From: Basidiobolus meristosporus CBS 931.73
Lineage: Eukaryota > Fungi > Basidiobolomycota
Direction: 5' to 3'
Length of the DNA stretch: 64,000 bases
NCBI GenBank assembly: GCA_002104905.1
Contig: MCFE01000511.1
Coordinates: forward strand, 1 to 64,000
The translations under genes and the position numbers were made by a program. This document shows positions 1 through 13,135 of this stretch, piece after piece (the stretch's first letter is position 1; each line of letters starts with the position of its first letter). The notes under the pieces are model-generated. The model was not told where the DNA came from and searched no databases. It worked only from the letters and a program-made list of their open reading frames with translations.

Positions 1-2237
1 ACTAATATTTTGATCCTAATGGCTGTCTTTCAGGCCCAGATAAATGACATATATGCTGAGTGCCTTGACCAATCTGTGGTTATCTACCTTAATGACTTAG
101 TAACCTACCCAAAGACTCAAAAAAAACATAATTCCATGTACAGAGGAGTCTTGACCAAAGTTTGAAACTGCATGCCTCTTTGCTAAACTGGAAAAAAGTG
201 AGTTTGGACAGAAAGATGTTGTGCTCCTGGGTCATCTTATAAGCTCAAATGGAACAAGAATGGACCCCAAGTAAGTAGAAGCAATCCAGTCCTGGAAGAC
301 TCCCTGTTCTGTAATACAAGTGCACTCCTTGGATTTGCCAAGTTCTACCATAGATTTATTGCCAATCACTCAGAGATTGCCACCCCCTTGACAAAGCTCA
401 CTCAGAAAAATCTGCCCTCTGCCTGGAATGAGCAACAGTATGTGTCAGTTGATTCTGTCAAGATATCCTCCTTGTGTGCCCCCCTGCTTGCCACCCTAAC
501 CTTGAGAAACCTATCATCATAGATACCAAAGCATCTGACTTTGCCCTTGGTGCAATCATTTCCCAGTATGATGACAAGAATGTGCTACACCCTATTGCAT
601 TTTACTCTTGGAAATTTACTTGGGCTGAAGTAAACAATAATATCTATGACAAGGAACTACTTGAAATCATAGTTGCCTTTGAACAATGGAACCACCACCT
701 TGATGGTGTAGCCCAAAAGATAAAGATCTTCTGTGACCACAAGAACCTTGAGTGCTTGACCACCTCAAAAGTACTAAAGCAGAGTCAAGCTAGATGGTCC
801 CTGTTCCTGTCTAGCTTTAACTTTGCCATTATCTATAGACCAGTGAGACCAGGAAAACCTGATGCCTTGTCCAGAATGGTGGAGTATTCCCTAGACAAAG
901 GGGATGATGACTATCAGCAAATGAAATACCCTGTACTCAACAAAAGACACTTTGAATTCCTGGCAACCCAGTCCTCTAGTAGTATAACTCCTTTAACCCT
1001 TGAGGAAGTAAAGACCAGCAAAGTCACCAATTCCACAGCTGCTACAGTCAAAAAATATCTCAAGTCTCCCACTGACCCACCACCCAGGCTCCCAAACCTC
1101 CAACACCTACATCTAGTCAATGACATCATCTATTGCAAGCACCAACTATCTGTCCCAGACCCTGAGATCCAGTTGGATATTATAGGTTCTTGCCATGATT
1201 CTATGGCTGTATGACATTTAGGTACTGCCAAAACCATGAATGCAATCACAAGAGACTTCTGGTGGCCCAAGATGATATCCCTTTTAAGGAGTACCTCCAG
1301 CTGTGAGATACATGTAATTGTGGAAAATCTGTCAGACACCAGCCATATGGACTTCTTTATCCCTTGCCAATCCCTGACCATTAATGATAGTCAATTTCAA
1401 TGGACTTCATAACCCACCACCTAGAATTCAACCAAATTAACTCAGTTCTGGTAGTGGTGGATAGACACACAAAGATGGCTCACTTCATTCCCTGCAAGAA
1501 TATTGATACCAAGAAAGCTGCCACTTAGTAATCAAGAGTATTTTCCTGCTCAATGGTATCCCAAGCTATATTGTATCTGATAGAGGACCCCAGTTCATAT
1601 CAAATTCTGGAAACACCTCATCCTCAGTCATATGGTCAGACTGAAATAATTAGCCAGATCCTTGAATAATGCTTCCAGTGCTGTATCACCTATTGGCAAG
1701 ACAACTGGACCAAGCTGCTAACACTTGCGGAATTTGCCTACAGCAATATATGTCATAGTGCAACTGGTCTCATCTCATTCTATGCAAATGATGGTTTTCA
1801 TCTGTAATTTAATATTTAGATTCCAACAACCCTGTGAGTCCCCCAGCAGTTAAACATGCATCAGCAATTTTAGAAATCCAAGAAGCACTCAGAATTAACT
1901 ATCCTTAGCCCATGAGGGGTACAAGCAGTTGAAGTACATCAGATCATAACTTCACCACCTGGTAGACTAGGTTGGTTATTGCCCAAATGACCAAACTTGG
2001 GAACCTGCAACAAACATGACAAACTGCCAAGTTCTAGTTGCACTATCTCACCTGCCATACCCCAACAAGCCAAAGCCAAAAGCTTGAGGAAGGCCCCTCC
2101 AAAGAGGAGAATAGAGTCACAATTACGTGACATTCTTAACCTTTCATGATTTGTCTGAATCAAGCTGGTGAAGAAGTCCCAATTCCTTATAGAGTGTTCT
2201 ACTATATTCTAGCAACTTCTGGAAGGCTATAAGTCAA
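1..2237 (+). mobile_element. Ty3/Gypsy pol relic (RT end, RNase H, integrase), degraded
   Basis: VIYLND (decayed YLDD) near 80-95; ORF 474-1214 is a Gypsy RNase H (DASDFALGA-like, YDKELL); integrase motifs HLG..KT...FWWPKM, SMDFI, IVSDRGPQF and HPQS.GQTE are readable across stops and frameshifts at 1216-1700. Confidence 0.9.
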
Positions 2238-2603
2238 TGTTACCTAATGGATCATTCTACAGAAGCTTCACTTTGTAATATATGTTGATCATTACCATAG
2301 TTAATAATTACATACTACATGACGTAGTTACATGATCAGCTGACTCTTTGCATATCCCAATGTGATGTTCTAGTCTGTCTTTAATATATTTCTATCTTGA
2401 CACACTTACTGTGCCTCACCCCAGAACCCCATAAGTAATAGAGTTGTATCTCCCTCTTATGTACTCCTCAGTCTGATAAATACAGGTCTTGAATCAACTG
2501 CCTTGCTGTAGAAATCTGCCTTGCCTTGTTGATCCATGCCTAGGTTCTTTCTTGGTCTTGCCTTGCCTAGTACTATTCCCCTACCTTGAGTCTACTCATA
2601 ACA
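2238..2603 (+). repeat. Putative 3' LTR of the Gypsy relic
   Basis: Begins TGTTA and ends TAACA (perfect 5-bp inverted termini) and follows the integrase region. No second copy in the window and no clear PPT. Confidence 0.4.
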
Positions 2604-2609
2604 CCTACA

Positions 2610-3130
2610 GATTCCATCTCATCCACCAGCAGGGAAATTCTGTTGATTAGACTTTTCACTTCTTCTCCTGGTAACATCTTTGTAGTGAAGAATTTCTGCC
2701 TAGAATGCACCATCTTGGCAGCCAAACATGACTAGTATGTGTCTTCCAGTGCCTTCCAGGCATTATTTGCTGGTTTTCCTCTTGAGCATTGAATTAGCAA
2801 TTTGTCTTTGACATTAAGGAAACTGCAGGTAGAAGTACTTTGTTTTTTCTTGTGGTACTTTGATGATTCCTCCCCAACATTCTTAGGAGGAGATTATTCT
2901 CCCATGAGAACATCTGTAAAGCCTCTTACTTGCAGCATCATTTTCATCTTTACTTTCCACACTAGGAAACTCAATCCATCCAGCTTTTCAGTGGAGGGAA
3001 AAGTTCCAGTAATAATAGTAGTAGCCATTGCAGAGAATGACAGCTTGGGGCTCATAACCTGTTGCAAGAGTCTTTGAGAAATTAAAAGTGAATGGGATAA
3101 CAAGTGGACCATGTGGTTTTCCCTCATTGA
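2610..3130 (-). mobile_element. Copia family A 5' fragment (LTR end, PBS, gag start), degraded
   Basis: PBS GGTTATGAGCCC at 3048-3059 (minus) next to the LTR end; gag start MATTIITGTFPSTEKLDG..VWKVKMKM is homologous to the element at 18916-23601. Confidence 0.85.
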
Positions 3131-3329
3131 TTTAATAGACTTGTTCTGTTGGATAGCGTCACATAGTGCCAGCCTATTTATAGTGCTGGATCTATCTGGC
3201 ACTACATTTTCTACCATAATGCTCCAGACACATTTCTCTCTGCAGATGCCTTCTTGCACAGATATACTGTGCATTGATAAGTATCTTAACTACTTTACCT
3301 GCTGTGCTGTTTTCTCCTATATATGACTT

Positions 3330-4000
3330 TCATCTATATTTACCTAGCAACATGCTAAATCTCTTCAATTATCCAAACGTATGCTCTACCCTCACTCTGA
3401 AATGATTCATTATCTCACTGTAGAGCCTCTGCTTCCTGCCAAGCACAACATCCCTTGGCTACCTACAAGCTGTAGTACATTCTAGTATCTGACAATCCAC
3501 TCCTATGTAAGCTAGGTCTGCCATACATTTCTCCCTCTACTGAATTCTGCATTAATCTCTACCCAAAGTGCTTTTTCACGCCTGCTTCCAGCAAATGGCC
3601 CATTAAACCAGATAATGTTACCCTCAATGTCAGACAGTGCTTGAAACTTCACACAGTGTGCCTTGTAGTTGTCAGAATAAAAGTACCTCTGCCCTCTAGA
3701 ACGTCTGTTTATACTGATTGGGATGGTATCCAAAATACGCCTTATATGGAACCTGTTGCTGAACACTCTAAGATATGGATGTCTATTTGAGCTTATGAGC
3801 CTAGTATTCCAAGCTTACTCTAAGTCATTCATACCCTCTGCAATGTAGTTCTCCATTACTGTCAGCTGGGAATGAGAGCTTCTAGGACTTTTGTTGCCAT
3901 GGATGATCAGATGAAACCTTGTGGTGCAATAGTTCTTGTAGTAGCAAAGAAGCTTAACCAGGGATCTCCTTGAGTTGCTTGAGGTAGACAGTCCACAGTA
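3330..4000 (-). pseudogene. PIF/Harbinger-type (DDE_Tnp_4-like) transposase relic
   Basis: ILDTIPISINR..QRYFYS.YKAHCVKFQALSD.EG.IIWFNGPFAGS (ORF 3512-3766), followed in frame past a stop by DLAYIG and RVRVEHTFG.LKRF, which are typical DDE_Tnp_4 motifs. Confidence 0.75.
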
Positions 4001-4589
4001 CTTGGTATAGATCTCCTCTAGTGAGTCAAAAGGAAATCCAGAAATAGTGATGGGATTGATGAGAAAAGACCATTCTGATTATTAAGTCATAGCAAGATTG
4101 GTAGGTGATTGGGCTGAGGTTATTTGAGTCAATTTGGTGTAATCAGCCTTATTTATCTGATTTTCCATATATTAAGATCAGATCCCCATCAATTGCCATG
4201 TATCCTATCATTATCTTGCAAAAATCAACCTCAAACAATGACTTGGTATCTTTATTGATGCTTTACTCACAAGTCTATAATCAGATAGGAAATCTGCCAT
4301 TGATGCAATCTGACCTGTGTCAATGCAATCCCAGATGCATCATGCATAATATATGGAATATTCAACAATCACATCAGTTATTATATATATTTCATATAAG
4401 ACCAGGTTGATGCCAATGCACTACTGTATAAGTATCCAAATATGTCACTATGGTCTTTATACTAAGTTTCAACTCATCTTTAGTACATCCCAGACAAAAC
4501 TCATCCCCCAGCTCAGAAGCTGGGTCTGGACCAGAGAAGTCAACATTGGATCCATTTGAGTTCTTGCTTTATGATTTTAGTATGGCCCA

Positions 4590-5600
4590 AGTGTCAATGA
4601 TGAGGCTTGATATAGATATTTGGGCACTACATATTAATCTAGCAGAACTAGATACCTCCACAAGTTGACAGAGACTGAAGAACCTGAGTAGAAAGCTGTG
4701 GCATGAGCTCTACATCAAGATGCCAGCAGATATATATAAGAAGATATTTAACAAAACAAGTATTGAAATCCAGAATGAGCTGAGAGCAAAGGGATTTGAT
4801 GAGGAAGCCCCATAGGAGCAATATTGCATGCAATTTGCTCATTATGGGCCAGATGCGTCCATTTTGCCTCAACTTGGGGAACCAAACAGATTTTGAATGA
4901 GTTTTTTACCTACATTGACCAATGTTCTACATGATCTATTAATAGAGCTAGGTGGCTTCTAAGAGCAATAAGCACCGGACTCATCCAGGCAACAGTTCCA
5001 AAGTATTGGACAGAGGGTAAATGAGTAACTTGAGAAAACACAAGGTGAGCTTCTAGTGGAAGAATGCAGTCTGCAAGCCGCAGTATCTAGATTGTGCCAG
5101 CATGCCTTGCTGGATTGATTACCATCCATTGCAACTTCAGCATGCTGGTGCACATCAGTCCAAACTATGCCAGCACCCTTCACAAGAGCACCCCACATTG
5201 AGTCCATGTGTGGCGGGTCTACATGTGTGCTTCAGAGCAAAACCACCAGAACTTGCAAAACTGCTCATTTAGACACAAGTTAAAATGGTAAGTATCAGTG
5301 TAGCTTAAAGTGTGATTGGCGTTTATTTCCACTTACATTCAAGAAAAATATCCAAATATCTAGTTTTACCTGCCATAATGGTGGAATCCAATTGCACACA
5401 TGATGCAAACATTAGAAGTTGCTGCAATCATCCATGCCAACCTCATTGCGTCAGATTGTGCCATAGTGTGCAAGATGGTCCTACATGGTGCAAACTTGTC
5501 CAAGAGCAATCCTGCCTACCAGAAGCTACAATATTGCACCCAATAGCTCTTAGAGACTGCAGATTGAGCTGTGCACCCTGGCAAGGTATAATGTGATGGG
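4590..5600 (+). repeat. Unclassified repeat, degraded copy (homologous to 11400-13135 in inverted orientation)
   Basis: 4740-5280 aligns to the reverse complement of ~13125-12600, and 5280-5595 aligns to the reverse complement of ~11740-11420. Confidence 0.8.
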
Positions 5601-5606
5601 TCTATT

Positions 5607-5875
5607 GGTTGTAAATATAGTATGTATACTTTTACATGGTTCTGGTATATGAAACATGTAAAATAGGTTTAGGTAGGTCCCTGGAGCATGTGCAAAGTGT
5701 GGGGCTGTTTGGAGAGCTTGGAGAATATTTATGCTGTGGGTACCTGATACATTGGTGAAAATACCCCAAGTGAGTTCTAACGAGAATTTTGGTCAGTATT
5801 CTCTAAGATCTGTAGGTAATGATCCAAGTGACCAAGTTAGGTTAATATTCAAGTGGAGTTGCAAATTTTACAGCA
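5607..5875 (-). repeat. Degenerate Copia family A LTR
   Basis: Reverse complement reads TGCTGTAAAATTTGCAACTCCACTTGAATATT... and matches the 349-bp family LTR along its length. Confidence 0.7.
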
Positions 5876-5879
5876 TAAA

Positions 5880-6560
5880 GAAGTAATTGATGCACCAGAT
5901 ATAGCAATAACCTTACTGTCTGCAGGCAAGGTCATTGCAAAAGGACTCTGTTTGAGCTTACACTTAGATATCTCATATTAGGTTGGAGTTATCAGCCAGC
6001 ATATTCAGAATGATGGATATGATCATATGGCAGCAGTTATGTGCATTTTTAGAAACCTACATAGAAGTGCTGACATCTGTGTTAGGTATACTTAGAAGTA
6101 TTCAAAACAAGACCTTGTGGGACACTGTGATGCTGAAAGGGGGCAAAATTCAAAGGACAGAAGATCCACTGCAGGATTCACCTTTCATTACTGTTAAGGG
6201 GCAATTTCATCAAATTCAAGAAACCTACCACCTGGAGCACTATCTGCCACAGAGGCACAGTATTTGGCAGCCAGTGAAGCAACAAAGGAAGCAATGTGGT
6301 TTAGAAAGCTTTTACAGATTGAGGCCTTAGTCTAGAGAGGCCTGCAACCTTATTTCATGATTATCAGGAAGGTATAGGAAAGCCTTAAAAGACTTATGCT
6401 TATGTCAAAAAATGCAAATCACTTTGCTTCAATATAATACAGGAAGCTGATAATAGGTAGAAATCCAGCTTTTCATGCTAGAAATAGGCACATAGATATA
6501 GAACTTATTTGATACATAAAGCTATAGAGAATCATTTTGCTTATTTTACTGTCCTAAAGA
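5880..6560 (+). mobile_element. Copia RT/RNase H relic
   Basis: Decayed GYSDADWGQN.EDRRSTTG and ALSTTEAEY.AA.EA.KEA.W motifs, alignable to 10380-10900. Confidence 0.7.
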
Positions 6561-6628
6561 AAATTTCCAGCAGTAGCAGTGGTAGCCATTGCAGAGAAAC
6601 AGCTTGAGGCTCATAACTTTATGTAAGA

Positions 6629-9600
6629 ATAATGTAGATATTGAAATTCCACCTAAATATTCACCTAAATTTGTCACTTAGATCATTACCCTCAATTCCT
6701 AGAGAATACTGAACAAATTCCTTGTTGGGATTTACTTAGAATATTCTCACCAAAATACCAGGTACCCAGAACATGAAAATTCTCAAAGTTGTCCAAACAG
6801 ACCCAAACTTTGCATACATGTTTTTGGGACCTTTCTTAACCTATTCTACGTGTTTGTAATGCCAAGACCAGGTAAAAGTGTAAGTACTACTTTTACATTC
6901 AATAAATCATCAAGTGAAAACCACATAATCTACTTGTTCTCCCAATCACTTCCAATATCTCCAAGACTCTTACAACAGGTTATGAGCCCCAAGCTGTCAC
7001 TCTCTACAATGTCTACTACTGCTATTACTGGAATTTTTCCCTCTGCTGAAAAGTTGGATGGATCTAACTACCAAGTGTGGAAGGTGAAGATGAAGATGCT
7101 GCTACAAGAAAGAGGCCTTTGGGATATTGTCATGGGAGAAGACTGCCCTCTTAAAAACATGGGAGAGGAAGCCTTAAAGTATCAGAAGAAGAACAAAGTG
7201 CCTTTAACTGCATCTGCCTTAATGTCAAGGACAAATTGCTAATTCAATGCTCAAGAGCAATAATGGCAAAGAATGCCTGGAAGGCATTAGAAGACGCCTA
7301 CCAGTCATGCTCAGCTGCCAAGAAAATGTATCTGAGACATAAATTCTTTACTACAAAGATGCTGCCAGGAGAAGAAATGAAAAATCTAATTAACAGAATT
7401 ACCCTGCTGGTAGATGAGATGGAATCTGTGGGTGTACCAACTACTGATGCGGATGTGATAGTTACCATTCTGAATAGCCTGACAGACAGGTTTCAGGGCC
7501 TTGTATCAGCCCTAGAGTCCAGAACTGAAGATTTGACCTTAAATTACGTATATGGAAGGCTCCTGGATGAAGAATTAAGAAAATCAAGCGCTAATAAGAA
7601 GGAAGAAGAAAATGCTTTAATAAGCAATGATAACCAACAAAGGAGGTACCCAAGACCCTACAAAGGCAACAGCAGCCTGTTTTGTAACTACTGCAAAAGG
7701 AAAGGACACACATCAGACTGGTGTCTCAAAAAGAAAGATAATCAACAAAAGAAGCCTGAATATGGAAATGCTGCAACAACTGAAGATAGACTATTCATAT
7801 CTGTACTAAATATGACCACAAACAAGGATTCTCAGATGTGGTATATTGACTCTGGAGCTTATCAACACTTTACACACCAAAAAGAACTTTTTTCCCAATA
7901 TCAAGTAATTCCAATTAAGAAGGTTTTCATGGGTAACAATAAAACACTTGATGCAGTGGGAGAAGGAACCATCCAAGTAAACCTTAGAAGCAGTGAAAGA
8001 AGCTATACACTGACCTTTAAAGAAGTACTCTATGTACCAGAAATAGCCAAGAACCTACTCTGTGTAAGCAAGGCCACAGCAGAAGGACTCAGTTTCAGTT
8101 TTGACAATTCTGGATGCAGGTTCACTGATCAAAATGGTGTCCATATTGCTTTGGGCATCAGAGATCAGAATCTATACAAGTTGACTTATATTCCATCATA
8201 TCTGGAAGCCAATATAAGTAACTTAAATGAAGAAACACCAATGCTTTGGCACAGGAAATTTGGGCACATCAATTTTAATTATTTGCGTAAAATGATCAAA
8301 GATCAGCTAGTTTATGGAGTGAAAATTGATCCCTCAGCTAATTTGGAGCACTGTGAAGCCTGCATAAATGGGAAACAAGCCAGACAACCGTTCAAGAGCT
8401 CTGGGTTAATCATAACTAAGAAAAAATTAGATCTAATTCACTCAGATCTGTGTGGACCTATGCAAAATTTATCCTTAGGCAGGATGAAGTATTTAATCAC
8501 TTTATTGATGATCATACAAGATAAACATGGGTCTACTTCATGGAGAGAAAGGAAGAAGCTCTGTCTAAGTTCAGGGAGTTTAAAGCCATGGTGGAGAGAG
8601 AAACTGGTGAAAAAATCAAGAAAATACGCTCTGACAATGGTGGAGAATATACCTCAACACTCTTCATCCACTTCTGCAAATTTCATGGGATAAAGCAAGA
8701 GACTACAGTACCATACTCCCCACAGCAAAATGGAGTAACAGAACAAGCTAACAGATCAATAGTTGATATGGCAAGATCTATGATACATGATCAAAAGTTA
8801 TCCTATGATTTTTGGGCAGAATCAGTTGCCACTGCTGTATACCTTAAAATTAGGAGTTATAACAGAATACTTTGTGATTCTACTCCATTTGAAGCATGGC
8901 ATGGATACAGACCAAGTGCAGAACATCTAAGAGTATTTGGGTGTACAGCATATGCCAAAAAACTGGCCGGAAATCAGTCAAAATTTGAGCCAAAAAGTGT
9001 AAAATGCATAGTTTTGGGCTACTGCAATGAGAGTAAGGCATACAGACTCTACAATACCAAAGCAAAGAAACTGATCAAGTCCAGGGATGTGTTGTTTGAT
9101 GAAAATTCAAAATTCTCAAAAAAATGACATCCGATGATGACAAAAATTTGATCTCAAGTCCACCAATTGTCAGGATTGAACCAGAGCAAAACAATGAAAA
9201 TTTTTTCACTCCAGAGGACTCTACAACTGTGGTTCAGCCAGAATCAGTGCCCAGGAATATCCCAGAAGTGATCATTCCAGTATCAAATGCCCAGAGATCC
9301 CAGCGGACAAGAAATAGCCCAAATTACTATATCAATGAGGGTACAAACTTAGCCTATGCCTATTCAGTCCATGTTGATAAACCCCAGACTGTAAAAGAGG
9401 CCCTAAATAGCCCTCAGACAAAGTTTTGGAGATCTGCAATGACTGAGGAATATCAGGCCCTAATGGAAAATCAAACTTGGGACTTAGTCAAATTACCAAT
9501 CAACCAAAAATCAATTGGATGCAGATGAGTCTTCAAGACAAAATACAAAGCTGATGGTACAATTGAAAGATACAAAGCAAGACTTGTGGCCAAAGCATAC

Positions 9601-11310
9601 TCTCAAACAAAAGGACTTGACTATACTGAGACCTTTGCACCGGTAGCCAAGTTTAATTCCATCAGATTAATATTGGCTATTGCAGACAAATATAAGTTTT
9701 TTATTCATCAAATGGATGTAAAAACTGCATTTTCAAGTGGAGAACTTGATGAGGACATGTATATGGACTAGCCTGATGGGTTTGTTGACCAAGATAACCC
9801 CCATTTGGTCTGCAAGCTCAAAAAGTCACTATATGGTCTCAAACAATCACCAAGAGCCTGGATTTGCACAATAGATTCTTATTTGGAATCCTTGAGTTTC
9901 AAAAGAAGTAATGCTGACTATAGTATATACTATAAGCCAGATAGAGCAAATCCAGTTGTATTAGGTATATATGTGTATGATCTTATTATAGCCGCCAATA
10001 ACCTAGAAACGTTGGAAGAGACTAAATCCAGCCTATCTAATGAGTTCAAGATGTCTGATTTAGATGAACTTGGTTACTACTTAGGGATTAAGCTCTCTAT
10101 ATACAGAGGTACCCAGACTATCACCCTAAGTTAATCCAAGTATATTCAAGATATACTAAAGAAGTACAGAATGGAAGACTGTAAACCAGTGGCTACCCCA
10201 ATGGAGACAAACCTTAACTTGGTGAAAACTCAACCAAATCAAGAGAGCTTGGTGCCATTTGAAAGCCCTGACTTTCCTTATCAATCTATAGTCAGCAGTC
10301 TGATGTATATCATGCTTGAAACACGTCCAGATATCTCATATTTGGTGGGAGTTGTCAGCCAACATAATCAGAACCATGGATCTGATCATATTGCAGCAGT
10401 TAAGCAGATTTTTAGATACCCAAAAGGAACTGCTGATATCTGCTTAAGATATACTTATAAGGATTCAGAACAGGATCTTGTGGGATACTCTGATGCTGAT
10501 TGGGGACAAAATTTAGAAGACAGAAGATCCACCACAGGATACACCTTTCTTTACAGTAAAGGAGCAATATCATGGAATTCAAGAAAGCAACCAACCGTAG
10601 TACTTTCCACCACAGAGGCAGAGTATATGGCAGCCTGTGAAGCTACAAAAGAAGCAATGCGGTTAAGAACGCTCTTTACAGATTTAGGCCTATGTCAAAA
10701 AACACCTATTACTTTATTTCAAGATAATCAAGGATGTATACAATTAGGTAGAAATCCAACTTTTCATGCTAGAACCAAGCACATAGATATTAGACATCAT
10801 TTCATATGTGAAGCTATAGAGAATAACTTAGTTAGCTTAGCTTACTGTCCTACAAATGAAATGACTGCAGACATATTTACCAAACCATTAGCTAGAGACA
10901 AGTTTGATTATCTTAGGTCAAAATTAGGACTAGTCAGTATGAACATTTAGCTGAGTGGGAGTGTTGTAAAAATTTGTATTTCCACCTAAATATCTACCTA
11001 ACTTAGTCACTTAGATCATCACCTTCAGATCCTAGAGAATACTGACCAAATTCCTTGTTGGGATTTACTTAGAATATTTTCACTAAAATACCAGGTACCC
11101 AGAACATGAAAATTCTCAAAGTTGTCCAAACAGCCCCAAACCTTGCACACATGTTCTTGGGACCTTCCTTAACCTATTCTACGTGTTGGTAATGCCAAGA
11201 CTAGGTAAAGGTATAAATACTACTTTTACATTCAATAAATCATTAAGTGAAAACTGCATAATCTACTTGTTCTCCCAATCACTTCCAATATCTCCAAGAC
11301 TCTTACAACA
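6629..11310 (+). mobile_element. Ty1/Copia LTR retrotransposon, family A, full length but inactivated
   Basis: 5' LTR ends at 6977 (its start is degenerate); PBS 6978-6989; gag with CCHC knuckle, protease WYIDSGA, GAG-pre-integrase, integrase, RT (YVDD mutated to YVYD) and RNase H; PPT GAGTGGGAG; 3' LTR 10962-11310. At least three 1-nt frameshifts and three in-frame stops (9526, 9769, 10132). Confidence 0.95.
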
Positions 11311-11319
11311 TACAAAACA

Positions 11320-11410
11320 TGCAGAATAGGTTTAGGAAGGCTCTAAGAGCATTTGTGAAACGTTTGGGGCTGTTTGGACAAGTATAAGAATTTTCATGTT
11401 CTGGGTGCTT
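11320..11410 (-). repeat. Inverted fragment of a family A LTR abutting the 3' LTR
   Basis: GAATAGGTTTAGGAAGG...TTTGGGGCTGTTTGGACAA...GAATTTTCATGTTCTGGGT is the reverse complement of the LTR centre. Confidence 0.7.
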
Positions 11411-13135
11411 AATATAATAGACTTGTTCCATTGTACCGTGCCAGGGCATACGGCGCAATCTGCAGTTGTAAAGAACAATTGGGTGCAACATTATAGCTAC
11501 CAGAAGGAAGGATTGTTCTTGGACAATTTTGCACTATGCGGGACAATCTTGCACACTATGGCTCAATCTGACACAATGAGGTTGGCACGGATGATTGAGC
11601 CAACTTGTAATGTTTGCATCACGTGCGCAATTGGGTACCGCTATTATGGCAGGTAAAATCCGGTATTTGGATATGTTTCTTTAGTGTAAATGGAAATAAA
11701 TGTGTATCACACTATAAACTACACTGATACTTACCATTTTGGTTATCCTCACTCCAATTGGACGGTATCTCAGTGGTTAATTGGTCCAAAAGTATCCTGA
11801 AGCTGGCAGCCCCAATTGGCTCATTGACTGCTAAAAAAGCTACCTAATTTGCCTTCAAATATCCCATTTTGCTCATTGAGCAAGTAAATCCCTGATCCTA
11901 GTGATTGGACAAGATGTCATAGCCAGCACGCAAGCAATTGTGTAGGTGCAAAACAGATCCAATAGCTGCACTGGTATTACAGATGACATATATATATGCA
12001 GGGTGTTTATTTATAGGGGCTCTGTCTCAAATGTGAAACAACCTTGATATTACTTATATCAAAAATTTGATGGTCACTGATTTGCAATGGCTCAATTTGG
12101 ATTGCAAAAAAAATGGGTTGTCAGGATCATTACAAATGTGAGCAATTCAAAGCAATTGCATTATCTTCTCCTGGGTTTTTTTCTCACAGGGAGTACTACT
12201 GAAGCATTTGGTAGTGACTCACTTTGCACAGCTATACTACTTCCTGGCTGACTATCATCTTGGCTACTTGTGTATTCATAGTCAGTATTTTGCATCCTAG
12301 TTGATGAGTGCGATGCTACAGCTTAGCCGCGCTGAATTGCTCCAACTGAACCAACTGAACCGGCCTGTAGTGCCACACGCTGACGCGTTCTTTTACTTGC
12401 TAAGGGCTCTGGTGGTTGAGGCACTTCATGTTGGTCATCATCAGTCAGTTCACCAGAAGTAACTTGCTGATGGTCAGGCAAAACGGCACGCGCAGGCGCG
12501 CCTTGACACGTTGAGATGGCCCTTGGCTGAGTTTGATGTGATGCTGCAAGTTGACACGACTTGGTCCGCTCCAATGGACTTGTGTCTAAATGAGCTGTTT
12601 GGCGAGTTCTTGTAGTTTTGCTCTGAAGAGCGTGCGTTGACCCAACACAAGTTGACTCAATGCACGTTGACTCAATGCTGGGCGTTCTGGTAAAGGGTGT
12701 TGGCGTACTCTGACTGACGTGTGCTGGCACGCTGTGGTTGCAAGAGATGGTAGGGAATCCAGCAAGGGGTGCTGGCACAATCTGGACAATGTTGCTTGCG
12801 GTCTGTATTCTTCCTCCTGAAGCTCACCATCTGATTCCTCAAGGTATTCACTTACCCTCTGTCTGATACTTTGGAGCTGTTGCCTGGATGAGTCCTGTGT
12901 ATATTGCTCTCGGAAGCCACTTAGCTCTACTAATATATCACATAGTACATTAGTCATTTGAGGCAAAAACTCATTCAAAATTTCTTTGGTTCCCAAAGTT
13001 GAGGCACAAACGGACGCGTCCAGCCTGTACTGTGCAAATTGCGCTCAAAATTGCTCCCGCGCGACTTCTTTGTCAAATCCCCTCACTCTCAGCTCATTCT
13101 TGATTTCAATACTTGTCTTGTTATATATTTTTAGC
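11400..13135 (-). repeat. Unclassified repeat with two convergent ORF remnants; better-preserved, CpG-containing copy
   Basis: Minus-strand frame NKTSIEIKNELRVRGFD..TKEILNEFLPQMTNVLCDILVELSGFREQY and plus-strand frame PGHTAQSAVVKNNWVQ..LCGTILHTMAQSD..CITCAIGYRYYGR are both conserved in the 4590-5600 copy. Confidence 0.75.

Noticed and set aside
6978-6989. tRNA gene
   Set aside because: Only a 12-nt complement of the tRNA-iMet anticodon arm (PBS); no cloverleaf. No rRNA or tRNA gene was recognised anywhere in the window.
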